From an uncultured Bifidobacteriaceae bacterium (GTDB lineage: Bacteria; Actinomycetota; Acidimicrobiia; IMCC26256; PALSA-555), in the NCBI GenBank assembly GCA_964532485.1, contig CAZHKE010000001.1:68358-132357 (forward strand): a stretch of DNA of 64,000 bases, in the 5' to 3' direction. Position 1 is the first letter of the stretch. Each line of letters begins with the position of its first letter. Below, piece after piece: positions 46,128 to 54,585 of this stretch. Below the pieces are notes generated by a model, which saw only the letters and a program-made list of their open reading frames with translations, was not told the DNA's origin and did not search any database. Both the position numbers and the translations under genes were made by a program.

Positions 46128-47101
46128 CGCTCGCGCCCCTGGCCCGAGAGGTGCGCGCGCATCGCGTCGAAGGCGACGCGCTGGGCGTGCTTGGCGCCAT
46201 CGAGCGCGGCGTCCATGTTGAAGAACCCGTGGAACATCCCCGGCGCTCGGTACAGGACGACCGGGACGCCGGCCTCGGCCAGGAGCGCGCCATAGTGCTC
46301 GGCCTCGTCGCGCAGCGGGTCCATCTCCGCGGTGACGATGCACGTGGGGGGCAGACCCTCGAGCGACTCGGCGAGGTGCGGCGACACGTCCGGGTGCTCG
46401 CCCGCCTCCTCGTGGGGGAGGTACTGCTCCCGGTACCACTCCATCTGCGCGGTCGTCAGGAAGTAGCCGGTCGCATTCTCGGTCTTGGACCGGTGCTCGC
46501 TGCGTGTCCCCGACGAGTCGATCACCGGGTAGATCAGGAGCTGGAACGCCAGGGATGGGCCGCCGCGATCGCGAGCTCGCTGAGCCACGACCGCGGTGAG
46601 GTTCCCGCCCGCGCTGTCGCCCGCGACGGTGAGCCGCTCCGGGTCGATGCCCAGCTCGTCGACGTGCTCGGCCGTCCAGGACAGCGCCGCCCAGGCGTCG
46701 TCGGCGGCCGCGGGGTACTTGTGCTCCGGGGCGAGCCGGTAGTCGACCGACACGACGACGGCGCCGAGCTCGTTGGCGATCCGGCGGCACGCGTTGTCGT
46801 GGCTGTCGAGCCCGCAGATCACCCAGCCCCCACCGTGGAGGTACACGACACCCGGCTTCGGGCCGGCGTCGGGCGCCGCGGCTTCGCCGCGCGCGGGGTG
46901 GTAGATCCGGACGGGGATGTCGCCCGCGGGTCCGGGGATCGAGCGGTCCTCGACCGAGCCCATCTCCTCGGTGGGGTCGATCTTCGGCATGGCGTCGGAC
47001 TGGGCGCGCACCTCGGCCGCGTCCGTGCCGGGCCCGCTGATGCGCGGGAAGACCGACTCCATCAGCTCGATGATCGGTTCGGCCGCAGGATCCAGGGGCA
47101 C
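46124..47101 (-). CDS. Alpha/beta-hydrolase esterase/lipase (HSL family)
   Basis: In-frame GTG 47101 gives MPLDPAAEPIIELM...; YLHGGGWVI oxyanion motif, GDSAGGNL, HGF. The longer track ORF would overlap the divergent ligase gene. Confidence 0.8.
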   Translation of the reverse strand: MPLDPAAEPIIELMESVFPRISGPGTDAAEVRAQSDAMPKIDPTEEMGSVEDRSIPGPAGDIPVRIYHPARGEAAAPDAGPKPGVVYLHGGGWVICGLDSHDNACRRIANELGAVVVSVDYRLAPEHKYPAAADDAWAALSWTAEHVDELGIDPERLTVAGDSAGGNLTAVVAQRARDRGGPSLAFQLLIYPVIDSSGTRSEHRSKTENATGYFLTTAQMEWYREQYLPHEEAGEHPDVSPHLAESLEGLPPTCIVTAEMDPLRDEAEHYGALLAEAGVPVVLYRAPGMFHGFFNMDAALDGAKHAQRVAFDAMRAHLSGQGRER

Positions 47102-47125
47102 GGCGCGGGAGGCTAGCGGGGCACC

Positions 47126-47138
47126 TGACGGGGCGTCA
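47126..47138. promoter_or_regulatory. Candidate operator TGACG-GGG-CGTCA
   Basis: Full 17-bp palindrome CCTGACGgggCGTCAGG in the 44-bp divergent gap, 8 nt before the ligase GTG 47146 and 25 nt before the esterase GTG 47101. Confidence 0.45.
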
Positions 47139-47145
47139 GGAGTCA

Positions 47146-48762
47146 GTGGGCCTCGGTAGCCTCCCGGCCGTGGGCTCCGATCTTGCCGGGCTGACGATCC
47201 CGGGTCTCGTGCGGCGTGGGGCACGCGAGTTCGGCGACCGCGAGGCGCTGGTCGACGAGGACGGCGCGGTCCGCCTCGACTTCGGGGGCCTCGAGGAGGC
47301 CATGGTCGCCTCCACGCGGGCCGCGATCGCTGCCGGGCTCCAACCCGGCGACCGCGCCTCGATCTGGGCGCCCAACATGCACCAGTGGATCCGAGCCGCG
47401 CTCGGCATCCTCGGTGCGGGTGGAGTGCTGGTACCGCTCAACACCCGCTTCAAGGGTGCCGAGGCCGCGTACGTCCTCGGCAAGTCGCGCGCTCGCATGC
47501 TGTTCACCGTCACCGACTTCCTCGACACCGACTACGTCGCGATGCTGCGGGCGGCCGAAGCCGATCTCCCCGGCCTCGAGCAGATCGTCGTGCTGCGCGG
47601 CGACGCTCCCGAGGGGACGATCGGCTGGGACGACCACGTGGCCGGCGGCGAGACCGTGTCGGAGCCCGACGCGAGCGCGCGCATCGAGGCGGTGAGCCCG
47701 GACACGCTGTCCGACCTGATCTTCACGTCGGGCACGACCGGCAGTCCCAAGGGCGTCATGGTCACGCACGGCCAGTCGGTGCGCGTCTACGAGGCCTGGA
47801 CCGACGTCATCGGTCTGCGCGAGGGCGACCGCTACCTCATCGTCAACCCGTTCTTCCACGCCTTCGGGTACAAGGCCGGGTGGATGTCGTGCATCCTGCG
47901 CGGCGCCACGATCGTGCCGTTCGCGGTGTTCGACGTGCCGAGCGTGCTCGAGATGGTGGCCACGGAGCGCATCACGGTGCTGCCCGGGCCGCCGACGCTG
48001 CTCCAGGGCATCCTCGACTTCCCCGACCGCGACCGCTACGACCTCTCGTCCCTTCGGCTCACGGTGACCGGCGCCGCGGCCGTCCCCGTGACGCTCGTCG
48101 AGCGCCTGCGCGACGAGATGACGTTCGAGACGATCATCACCGGATACGGGCTCACCGAGTCGACCGGCACCACCGCGATGTGCCGCCACGACGACGATCC
48201 CGAGACGATCGCGCAGTGGTCGGGCCGGGCCATCCCCGACACCGAGCTGCGCGTCGTCGACGACGACGGCGCCGAGGTGCCGCGTGGCGAGCCGGGGGAG
48301 GTCGTGACCCGCGGCTACCACGTGATGCAGGGCTACTTCGACGAGCCCGAGGAGACAGCCGCGACGATCGACGCGGACGGGTGGTTGCACACCGGCGACA
48401 TCGGCGTGATGGACGAGCGCGGCTACGTGCGCATCACGGACCGCAAGAAGGACATGTTCATCGTCGGGGGCTTCAACGCCTACCCGGCCGAGATCGAGAG
48501 CCTCCTGCTCGGCAACGACCAGCTCAGCCAGGCCGCGGTCGTCGGCGTCCCCGACGACCGCATGGGCGAGGTCGGCGTCGCGTTCGTCGTGCCCCGCCCC
48601 GGCGCCACCGTCGACCCCGCCGACGTCGTCGCCTGGGCACGCGAGCACATGGCCAACTACAAGGTGCCCCGCCTGGTCGAGGTCGTCGACGAGCTGCCCC
48701 TCAACGCCAGTGGCAAGGTGCTCAAGTACGAGCTGCGCGAGCGGGCGGCTGCGCTCAGCTGA
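47146..48762 (+). CDS. Acyl-CoA synthetase (FadD-like)
   Basis: 538 aa with IFTSGTTGSPKGVMVTH, GYGLTESTG, and C-terminal GKVLKYELR. Confidence 0.85.
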   Translation: MGLGSLPAVGSDLAGLTIPGLVRRGAREFGDREALVDEDGAVRLDFGGLEEAMVASTRAAIAAGLQPGDRASIWAPNMHQWIRAALGILGAGGVLVPLNTRFKGAEAAYVLGKSRARMLFTVTDFLDTDYVAMLRAAEADLPGLEQIVVLRGDAPEGTIGWDDHVAGGETVSEPDASARIEAVSPDTLSDLIFTSGTTGSPKGVMVTHGQSVRVYEAWTDVIGLREGDRYLIVNPFFHAFGYKAGWMSCILRGATIVPFAVFDVPSVLEMVATERITVLPGPPTLLQGILDFPDRDRYDLSSLRLTVTGAAAVPVTLVERLRDEMTFETIITGYGLTESTGTTAMCRHDDDPETIAQWSGRAIPDTELRVVDDDGAEVPRGEPGEVVTRGYHVMQGYFDEPEETAATIDADGWLHTGDIGVMDERGYVRITDRKKDMFIVGGFNAYPAEIESLLLGNDQLSQAAVVGVPDDRMGEVGVAFVVPRPGATVDPADVVAWAREHMANYKVPRLVEVVDELPLNASGKVLKYELRERAAALS

Positions 48763-48809
48763 CCGTGATCTGGGTCGAGGGGTCGCCGTCGCGGGGCGTG
48801 CCGTCGGCG
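48756..48809. repeat. 54-bp direct repeat, copy 1
   Basis: CAGCTGACCGTGATCTGGGTCGAGGGGTCGCCGTCGCGGGGCGTGCCGTCGGCG, identical to 49840-49893. Contains the ligase stop codon. Confidence 0.85.
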
Positions 48810-48879
48810 CGGCTAGGTTCGCGCGGAACCAGCGGTGCGGAGCCGCGGCGGCCTCGGTCGCCGCGAGCAGGGAGCGGAC

Positions 48880-49788
48880 ATGTCGTCACGGTTTCGGACG
48901 AGCCTCGCGGCCGGCGCGATCGCCGCGCTCGCGATCGGCCTGAGCGCGGTGCCCGGAAGTGCTGGCCTGGAAGCTCCACCGCCGCCCCCGCCACCACCAC
49001 CCCCCCCGCCGACCGTCGTGGCGGTCAGTGGTCACGCCACCGGCATGTTCGCCGAGACCCAGGATCAGACGAACGGCGCCGACCTGGGGGCACTGCTCGA
49101 GGCGATCCAGGCGGGTGACGCGGCCGCGATCGACGCCGCGCTCGCCGACGCCGGGATCACCGGGGACGGCGTGGACGCCCAGGTCGTGCAGACCTCCACC
49201 GCGGGCCCGGCCCCGACCGTGACGCTGCCGCCCGAGGGCGGCGGGCCCTTCACCGACTCGCTGGCCTCGCTGGCGCTCTCGGGACTCAACACCGATCCCG
49301 TGGCCGGCGCCCTCGACGTGAGCACGGCGGGCGCGTTGGGCCGAACGGGGTACGCGGCGAGCACGGCGAGCATCGCCGACGTCAACCCCGACCGGTTGGA
49401 GGACCTCCTCCTCGTGGCGGAGCTCGTCGAGGTGGACTGTCGGTCCGATCTGCCCGGCGGGCCTGTCGGCTCGACGCGTGTGGTCGAAGGCGAGACGTTC
49501 GAGGGGCCGATCCCCGAGCTGCCCGATCCCAACAGCGTGCTGGTCGACTTCGACGAGTCGATCCCGGTGGGCGGTGGCGAGATCCACCAGGTGGCCCGGA
49601 TCGTGGCGAACGAGCAGACCGTCGGCGCCAACGACATCACCGTCGTCGGTCTCCGGGCCGAGCTCCTGATCGAGTTCATCCCGGCGGACGGGCCGACGCA
49701 GTTCGGCAGCTCGCTGGACATGGTCGTGGGCGAGGTCTCGTGCGGCATCGTTCCAGGCGCCGAGCTGGCCCCCACCTTCACCGGCTGA
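48880..49788 (+). CDS. Secreted protein of unknown function with a poly-proline tract
   Basis: ATG 48880 gives MSSRFRTSLAAGAIAALAIGLSAVPGSAG (signal), followed by 12 consecutive Pro. No family recognised. Confidence 0.6.
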   Translation: MSSRFRTSLAAGAIAALAIGLSAVPGSAGLEAPPPPPPPPPPPPTVVAVSGHATGMFAETQDQTNGADLGALLEAIQAGDAAAIDAALADAGITGDGVDAQVVQTSTAGPAPTVTLPPEGGGPFTDSLASLALSGLNTDPVAGALDVSTAGALGRTGYAASTASIADVNPDRLEDLLLVAELVEVDCRSDLPGGPVGSTRVVEGETFEGPIPELPDPNSVLVDFDESIPVGGGEIHQVARIVANEQTVGANDITVVGLRAELLIEFIPADGPTQFGSSLDMVVGEVSCGIVPGAELAPTFTG

Positions 49789-49826
49789 CGCCGGGTGTGC
49801 TCGGCACGCGCTTCAGGCGATCGTGA

Positions 49827-51116
49827 TCAGGCGCTTGACCAGCTGACCGTGATCTGGGTCGAGGGGTCGCCGTCGCGGGGCGTGCCGTCGGCGTCGTAGC
49901 TCCAGGGCTGGTACACGCCCTCGGTGGGCTCGAACCTGCCGAAGTGGTCGAACGTCGACGACGCGCCGCGCCAGTGGATCGTCTCGCCGGCCACGAGCAG
50001 GTCGCGACACGCCGCGAACGTGTTGCAGTCGTTCGCGCCCTTCAGGTTCGATGCGAACACCTTCGCCATGCGCTTCGGGTCGTCGGACTTCGCCGTGACC
50101 GCGGCGAGCGCGGTCAGGATCGTGCAGTCGTAGGAGTGCGCCGAGAACACCGGGTCGATGCCCGCGACCGCGAGCGCGTCGTGGAACGGGCTCGTGATGC
50201 CGGCCGGCGCAGCAGCAGGTGCGGTGCCCGAGAGCCCTGCGACCACGACCGGGTTCTGCGGGTCGACGAGCTCGGCGAAGCGCGCCGAGTACAGCGCGTC
50301 GCTGCCGTAGGTCGCCAGCTCCTGGGGCCCGGCGCCCTCGCCGACCAGCGCCCGGACCACCGCGGCGCCGTCGTCGAGCTGCCCGATGACCGCGACGGCC
50401 TGCGGCGTCGCGTCGAGTGCCTGCTGCACCTCCGCGGTCAGGTCGGTGCTGTCGGGGTCGTACCGCACCACGACGGGGACCTTGGCGCCGCCCTCGCGCA
50501 GCGACCGCACGAGCGAGCCGGCGAGCGAGCTGCCGAAGCGATCGTCCCGAGCGACGACCGCGACCCGGCGGTGGCCCGCGGCCAGGATCTGCTCGGCGAG
50601 CGCCCGGCCCTGCAGGCGATCGGGCGGTGCGGTGCGGAAGTACAGCCCACCCGAGCGGCGCGGCCCTTGCTTGGTCAGCGCCTCGGCGCTGTTGGTCCCC
50701 GAGCACACGAGCGCGCGGTCCTTGGTGGTGTCGAGGATCGCGAGCGCGGTGCTCGAGGACGCCGGGCCGACGATCGCGTCGGCTCCGTTCTCGAGCATCA
50801 TCGCGACGGTCTGGCGGGCGGTGCCGGCGTCGGTCCCCTCGTCACCGGGGGCGAACAGGGCCGGCTGCCCGTTCACGCCGCCGGCCGAGTTGATCTCCTC
50901 GACGGCGAGCTGTACCGGCACCCGCAGCGAGTCCAGGATCGGGGCGAGCTCGCCGGTCTCGGGTGCAAGGTGGCCGATCACGAGCGCGCCGTCGGCGTTG
51001 CCCCGGGTGGGTCCGGCGCTCGCAGGGAGCGCGCCCGAGAGGAGCAGCGCCGACGCCCCGCACACAGCGGCGAGGGTCGCCACCGCGACCAGACGCCGCG
51101 GCGGGCTGCGGTGCAT
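49827..51116 (-). CDS. Orphan ABC substrate-binding protein (LivJ-like)
   Basis: In-frame ATG 51116 gives MHRSPPRRLVAVATLAAVCGASALLLSG...; LVIGHLAPETGELA, EINSAGGVNGQP. No permease or ATPase gene is adjacent. Confidence 0.75.
   Translation of the reverse strand: MHRSPPRRLVAVATLAAVCGASALLLSGALPASAGPTRGNADGALVIGHLAPETGELAPILDSLRVPVQLAVEEINSAGGVNGQPALFAPGDEGTDAGTARQTVAMMLENGADAIVGPASSSTALAILDTTKDRALVCSGTNSAEALTKQGPRRSGGLYFRTAPPDRLQGRALAEQILAAGHRRVAVVARDDRFGSSLAGSLVRSLREGGAKVPVVVRYDPDSTDLTAEVQQALDATPQAVAVIGQLDDGAAVVRALVGEGAGPQELATYGSDALYSARFAELVDPQNPVVVAGLSGTAPAAAPAGITSPFHDALAVAGIDPVFSAHSYDCTILTALAAVTAKSDDPKRMAKVFASNLKGANDCNTFAACRDLLVAGETIHWRGASSTFDHFGRFEPTEGVYQPWSYDADGTPRDGDPSTQITVSWSSA
49840..49893. 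repeat. 54-bp direct repeat, copy 2 (inside the 3' end of the binding-protein gene)
   Basis: Identical to 48756-48809. On the minus strand it encodes ..ADGTPRDGDPSTQITVSW of the 49827-51116 product. Confidence 0.85.
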
Positions 51117-51229
51117 GATCACGTGACCCCTCGGGTGCGACACGACGGCGCCGACGACCCTACCGGTCGGCAGCCGCGGCATCTCCTCGGGCTTGTCGGG
51201 GCCCGTTCGCGGCATGGGAGACTCGTCGC

Positions 51230-52963
51230 ATGCTCGATCTGCTGATCCGGGGCGCGAACGTCGTCGACGGCACGGGCGCTCCGGCGCGGCGGCGAGACGT
51301 GGGCGTACGGGACGGTCGGGTCGTCGTCGTCGGGGAGACCGACGAGGCCGCGACGACCGAGATCGACGCCGACGGGCTCGTCCTCACGCCGGGGTTCGTC
51401 GACCCCCACACCCACTACGACGCGCAGCTGTTCTGGGACCCGGGCGCGCTCTCGTCGAGCCTGCACGGTGTCACCAGCGTCGTGGGCGGCAACTGCGGGT
51501 TCACGCTCGCGCCCCTCACCGATGACGACGGCGCCGACTACCTGCGCCGCATGATGGTGAAGGTCGAGGGCATGCCTCTCGCCGCACTCGAGCAGGGCGT
51601 GCCCTGGAGCTGGCAGACCTTCCCGCAGTACCTCGACGCGCTCGAGGGCAACATCGGCGTGAACGCCGCGTTCCTCGTCGGCCACTGCGCGCTCCGCCGT
51701 GCGGTGATGGGGCCGGCGGCGACAGGTCACGAGGCATCCGGAGAGCAGATCGAGGCGATGACCCGGCTGCTCCACGACGCGCTCGGCGCCGGCGGGCTGG
51801 GCTTCTCGACGACCCTGTCGTTCACGCACTCCGACGGCGAGGGCGAGCCGGTGCCGTCGCGCTGGGCGTCGCGCGACGAGGTGCTCGCGCTGTGCGGCGC
51901 CGTGCGCGACCACGAGGGCACGACCCTCGAGTACGTGACCGACGGGTGCCTGCGCGGGTTCCGGCCCGACGAGGTCGAGCTGATGGGCGACATGACGCTC
52001 GCGGCGCGACGCCCGCTCAACTGGAACGTGCTGACGATCGACTCGAAGGAGCCGGAGCGCTACCGCGAGCAGCTCGCGGCCAACGAGGCGGCGGCGGCGC
52101 GGGGTGGGCGGTCGGTCGCGCTGACGATGCCCGTGCTCGTCGAGATGAACATGAGCTTCCTCAGCTACTGCGCGCTGTTCATGCTGCCCGACTGGTCGGA
52201 GGTCATGAGCCTGCCCGTGCCGGAGCGCATGGCGAAGCTGCGCGACCCGATCGTCCGCGAGCACATGGTCGAGCGCGCCGCGTCGCCCGACGCGGGAGTC
52301 TTCGCGCGCCTCACCGACTGGGGTCGCTACATGGTCGGTGACACGTTCTCGGAGGCCAACGAGGGCTTGAAGAACCGGCGCATCGAGGATCTCGCGAAGG
52401 AGCGCGGCCGGGCGCCCTTCGACACGCTCGTCGACGTCGTGCTCGAGGACGACCTGCGCACGATCCTGTGGCCGCTCCCGTCCGACAGCGACCCGGCGTC
52501 GTGGGAGCTGCGCAAGGAGGCGTGGGCGCGCGACGACGTGATGCTCGGCGGGTCCGATGCCGGCGCGCACCTCGACCGCATGTGCGGAGCGCCCTACACC
52601 ACGCGGTTCTTGGCCGACTGCCTGCGGGGCCGGCAGCTCGTGCCGCTCGAGCGGGCGGTGCAGATGATCACGCAGGCGCCGGCCTCGTTGTTCGGGCTGC
52701 GCGACCGCGGGGTGGTCGCCGCGGGCGCCCACGCCGATCTCGTGCTGCTCGACCCCGACGCCGTCGACATGGAGGACGTGAGCCTCGTCAACGACCTGCC
52801 CGGCGGCACGGCGCGGCTGTTCGCCGCCGCGCGGGGCATCTCGCGCGTCTTCGTGAACGGGCGAGAGATCGTCCGCGACGGTGACGCCACCGGCGACCTC
52901 CCGGGCACCGTCCTGCGATCGGGACGGGACACGAGCACCGTCGGGATCCCCGCCGGCGCCTGA
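51230..52963 (+). CDS. D-aminoacylase-like (N-acyl-D-amino-acid deacylase family) amidohydrolase
   Basis: 577 aa with MLDLLIRGANVVDGTG, PGFVDPHTHYD, GVTSVVGGNCG, and C-terminal GDLPGTVLR. Confidence 0.8.
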   Translation: MLDLLIRGANVVDGTGAPARRRDVGVRDGRVVVVGETDEAATTEIDADGLVLTPGFVDPHTHYDAQLFWDPGALSSSLHGVTSVVGGNCGFTLAPLTDDDGADYLRRMMVKVEGMPLAALEQGVPWSWQTFPQYLDALEGNIGVNAAFLVGHCALRRAVMGPAATGHEASGEQIEAMTRLLHDALGAGGLGFSTTLSFTHSDGEGEPVPSRWASRDEVLALCGAVRDHEGTTLEYVTDGCLRGFRPDEVELMGDMTLAARRPLNWNVLTIDSKEPERYREQLAANEAAAARGGRSVALTMPVLVEMNMSFLSYCALFMLPDWSEVMSLPVPERMAKLRDPIVREHMVERAASPDAGVFARLTDWGRYMVGDTFSEANEGLKNRRIEDLAKERGRAPFDTLVDVVLEDDLRTILWPLPSDSDPASWELRKEAWARDDVMLGGSDAGAHLDRMCGAPYTTRFLADCLRGRQLVPLERAVQMITQAPASLFGLRDRGVVAAGAHADLVLLDPDAVDMEDVSLVNDLPGGTARLFAAARGISRVFVNGREIVRDGDATGDLPGTVLRSGRDTSTVGIPAGA

Positions 52964-53045
52964 GCGAAGGGCGAGCGAACGGCGACAGGGCGTGCATCCT
53001 CGCCTGCAGAGAGCGAGCCGATCGTGAGGTACGTTCCCGTCTCGC

Positions 53046-54518
53046 ATGCCCACACTGACGGGAACCCCCTATCGCAACCTGATCGGCGGCTCGTGGGTCG
53101 ACGGGGGCGCCGGCGCCTACGGCATCGTGAACCCGGCCACCGAGACGGTCATCGACGAGGCGCCCGAGTCGTCGGTCGCAGACGCCGAGGCCGCGGCGCG
53201 AGCGGCGAGGGACGCGCTCCCGGCGTGGAAGCGCACGTCGCCCGAGGAGCGGGCGAACCTGCTCTCGCAGCTCGCGGTCGAGGTGCGCGCGCGCAACGAC
53301 GCGCTGCTGCCGCTGATCATGGCCGAGACGGGCGCGACGCTGAAGGTGGGGTCGTCGCTCCAGGTTCCGCAAGCCGTCGCGCGGTTCGAGCGCTACGCGA
53401 AGGGAGCGCTGCAAGACATCAGCGAGGCACTGCCGCCGTCGATCATGCCCACGACGCCCCTCGCGGCCGGCGGCGTGATCGGTGGGCAGGTGCTCCGTCA
53501 GCCGGTCGGTGTCGTGGCGTGCATCTCGCCGTACAACTTCCCGCTCGTCAACATGGCGGGGAAGGTCGGGCCGGCGCTGGCAACCGGCAACACGATCGTG
53601 ATGAAGCCCGCGCCCCAGGACCCGCTCGCGATCATCGAGTTCGCGCAGATCTGCGAGTCGGTCGGCTTCCCGCCGGGCGTCGTCAACGTCATCACCGGGT
53701 CGGCGCCGGAGGTGGGGGAGGTACTCGTCCGGTCGAAGGACGTCGACATGATCTCGTTCACGGGATCGACGGCCGTGGGCGCGCGCATCTTCGAGGCGGG
53801 CGGCGCGACGATGAAGCGGCTGCTGCTCGAGCTGGGCGGCAAGGGCGCGTGCATCGTGTGCGAGGACGCCGACATCGGGAAGGCCGTCGCCGGCCTGGCC
53901 AGCGTGTGGGGCTTCCACTCGGGGCAGATCTGCACCGCGCCGACGCGGGCGATCGTGCACCGCAAGGTCTACGACGCGCTGATCGGTGCGCTGCAGGGCG
54001 CGGCACCCACGCTGAAGCTCGGGCCCCCCGAAGCCGAGGACACCGTCGTCGGGCCGGTCATCTCGGGTCAGCATCGCGACCGCATCGCCGGATACGTCCA
54101 GTCCGGCGCCGACGAAGGGGCCGAGCTCCTCGTCGACGGGCGCGACCCTGACGGCATCGACACGGGCTTCTACGTCGGACCGACGCTGCTCGCGAGCTGC
54201 ACCAACGACATGACCGCGGTGCGCGAGGAGATCTTCGGCCCGGTCATCGTGGTCGTGCCCTACGACGACGACGACGAGGCGATCGCGATCGCCAACGATT
54301 CTGACTACGGGCTCTACGACTACGTCTTCTCCGAGGACACCGCGAAGGCGTACGGCATCGGCCAGCAGCTCGAGTGCGGGCACGTCGGCATCAACACCGC
54401 CCAGCGCAACCACGAGGCCCCGTTCGGCGGCTTCAAGATGAGCGGCGTCGGCCGCGACGGCGGCGACTACGGCCTCTATGCCTACACCGAGATCCAGAGC
54501 ATCATCTGGCCCGGGTGA
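53046..54518 (+). CDS. NAD(P)-dependent aldehyde dehydrogenase
   Basis: 490 aa with FTGSTAVG, LELGGKGA, catalytic Cys in GQICTAPTR, and PFGGFKMSG. Confidence 0.9.
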   Translation: MPTLTGTPYRNLIGGSWVDGGAGAYGIVNPATETVIDEAPESSVADAEAAARAARDALPAWKRTSPEERANLLSQLAVEVRARNDALLPLIMAETGATLKVGSSLQVPQAVARFERYAKGALQDISEALPPSIMPTTPLAAGGVIGGQVLRQPVGVVACISPYNFPLVNMAGKVGPALATGNTIVMKPAPQDPLAIIEFAQICESVGFPPGVVNVITGSAPEVGEVLVRSKDVDMISFTGSTAVGARIFEAGGATMKRLLLELGGKGACIVCEDADIGKAVAGLASVWGFHSGQICTAPTRAIVHRKVYDALIGALQGAAPTLKLGPPEAEDTVVGPVISGQHRDRIAGYVQSGADEGAELLVDGRDPDGIDTGFYVGPTLLASCTNDMTAVREEIFGPVIVVVPYDDDDEAIAIANDSDYGLYDYVFSEDTAKAYGIGQQLECGHVGINTAQRNHEAPFGGFKMSGVGRDGGDYGLYAYTEIQSIIWPG

Positions 54519-54531
54519 CCCGCTCTTTGGT

Positions 54532-54569
54532 TGCGTCCGTCACCCGCGCATTCCGGGGTGAGAGACGCA
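54532..54569. repeat. Hairpin repeat, copy C (inverted orientation)
   Basis: TGCGTCCGTCACCC-GCGCATTCCG-GGGTGAGAGACGCA. The reverse complement aligns with copies A/B, including the loop CGGAATGCGC and the ACC flank. Stem 12/14. Confidence 0.65.
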
Positions 54570-54585
54570 GGTCGGGAGGAACTGC

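Noticed and set aside
49000-49007. C8 homopolymer as a phase-variation switch.
   Set aside because: It is simply part of the CCN proline codon run. Nothing else suggests contingency behaviour. Mentioned only as low-priority speculation in the findings.
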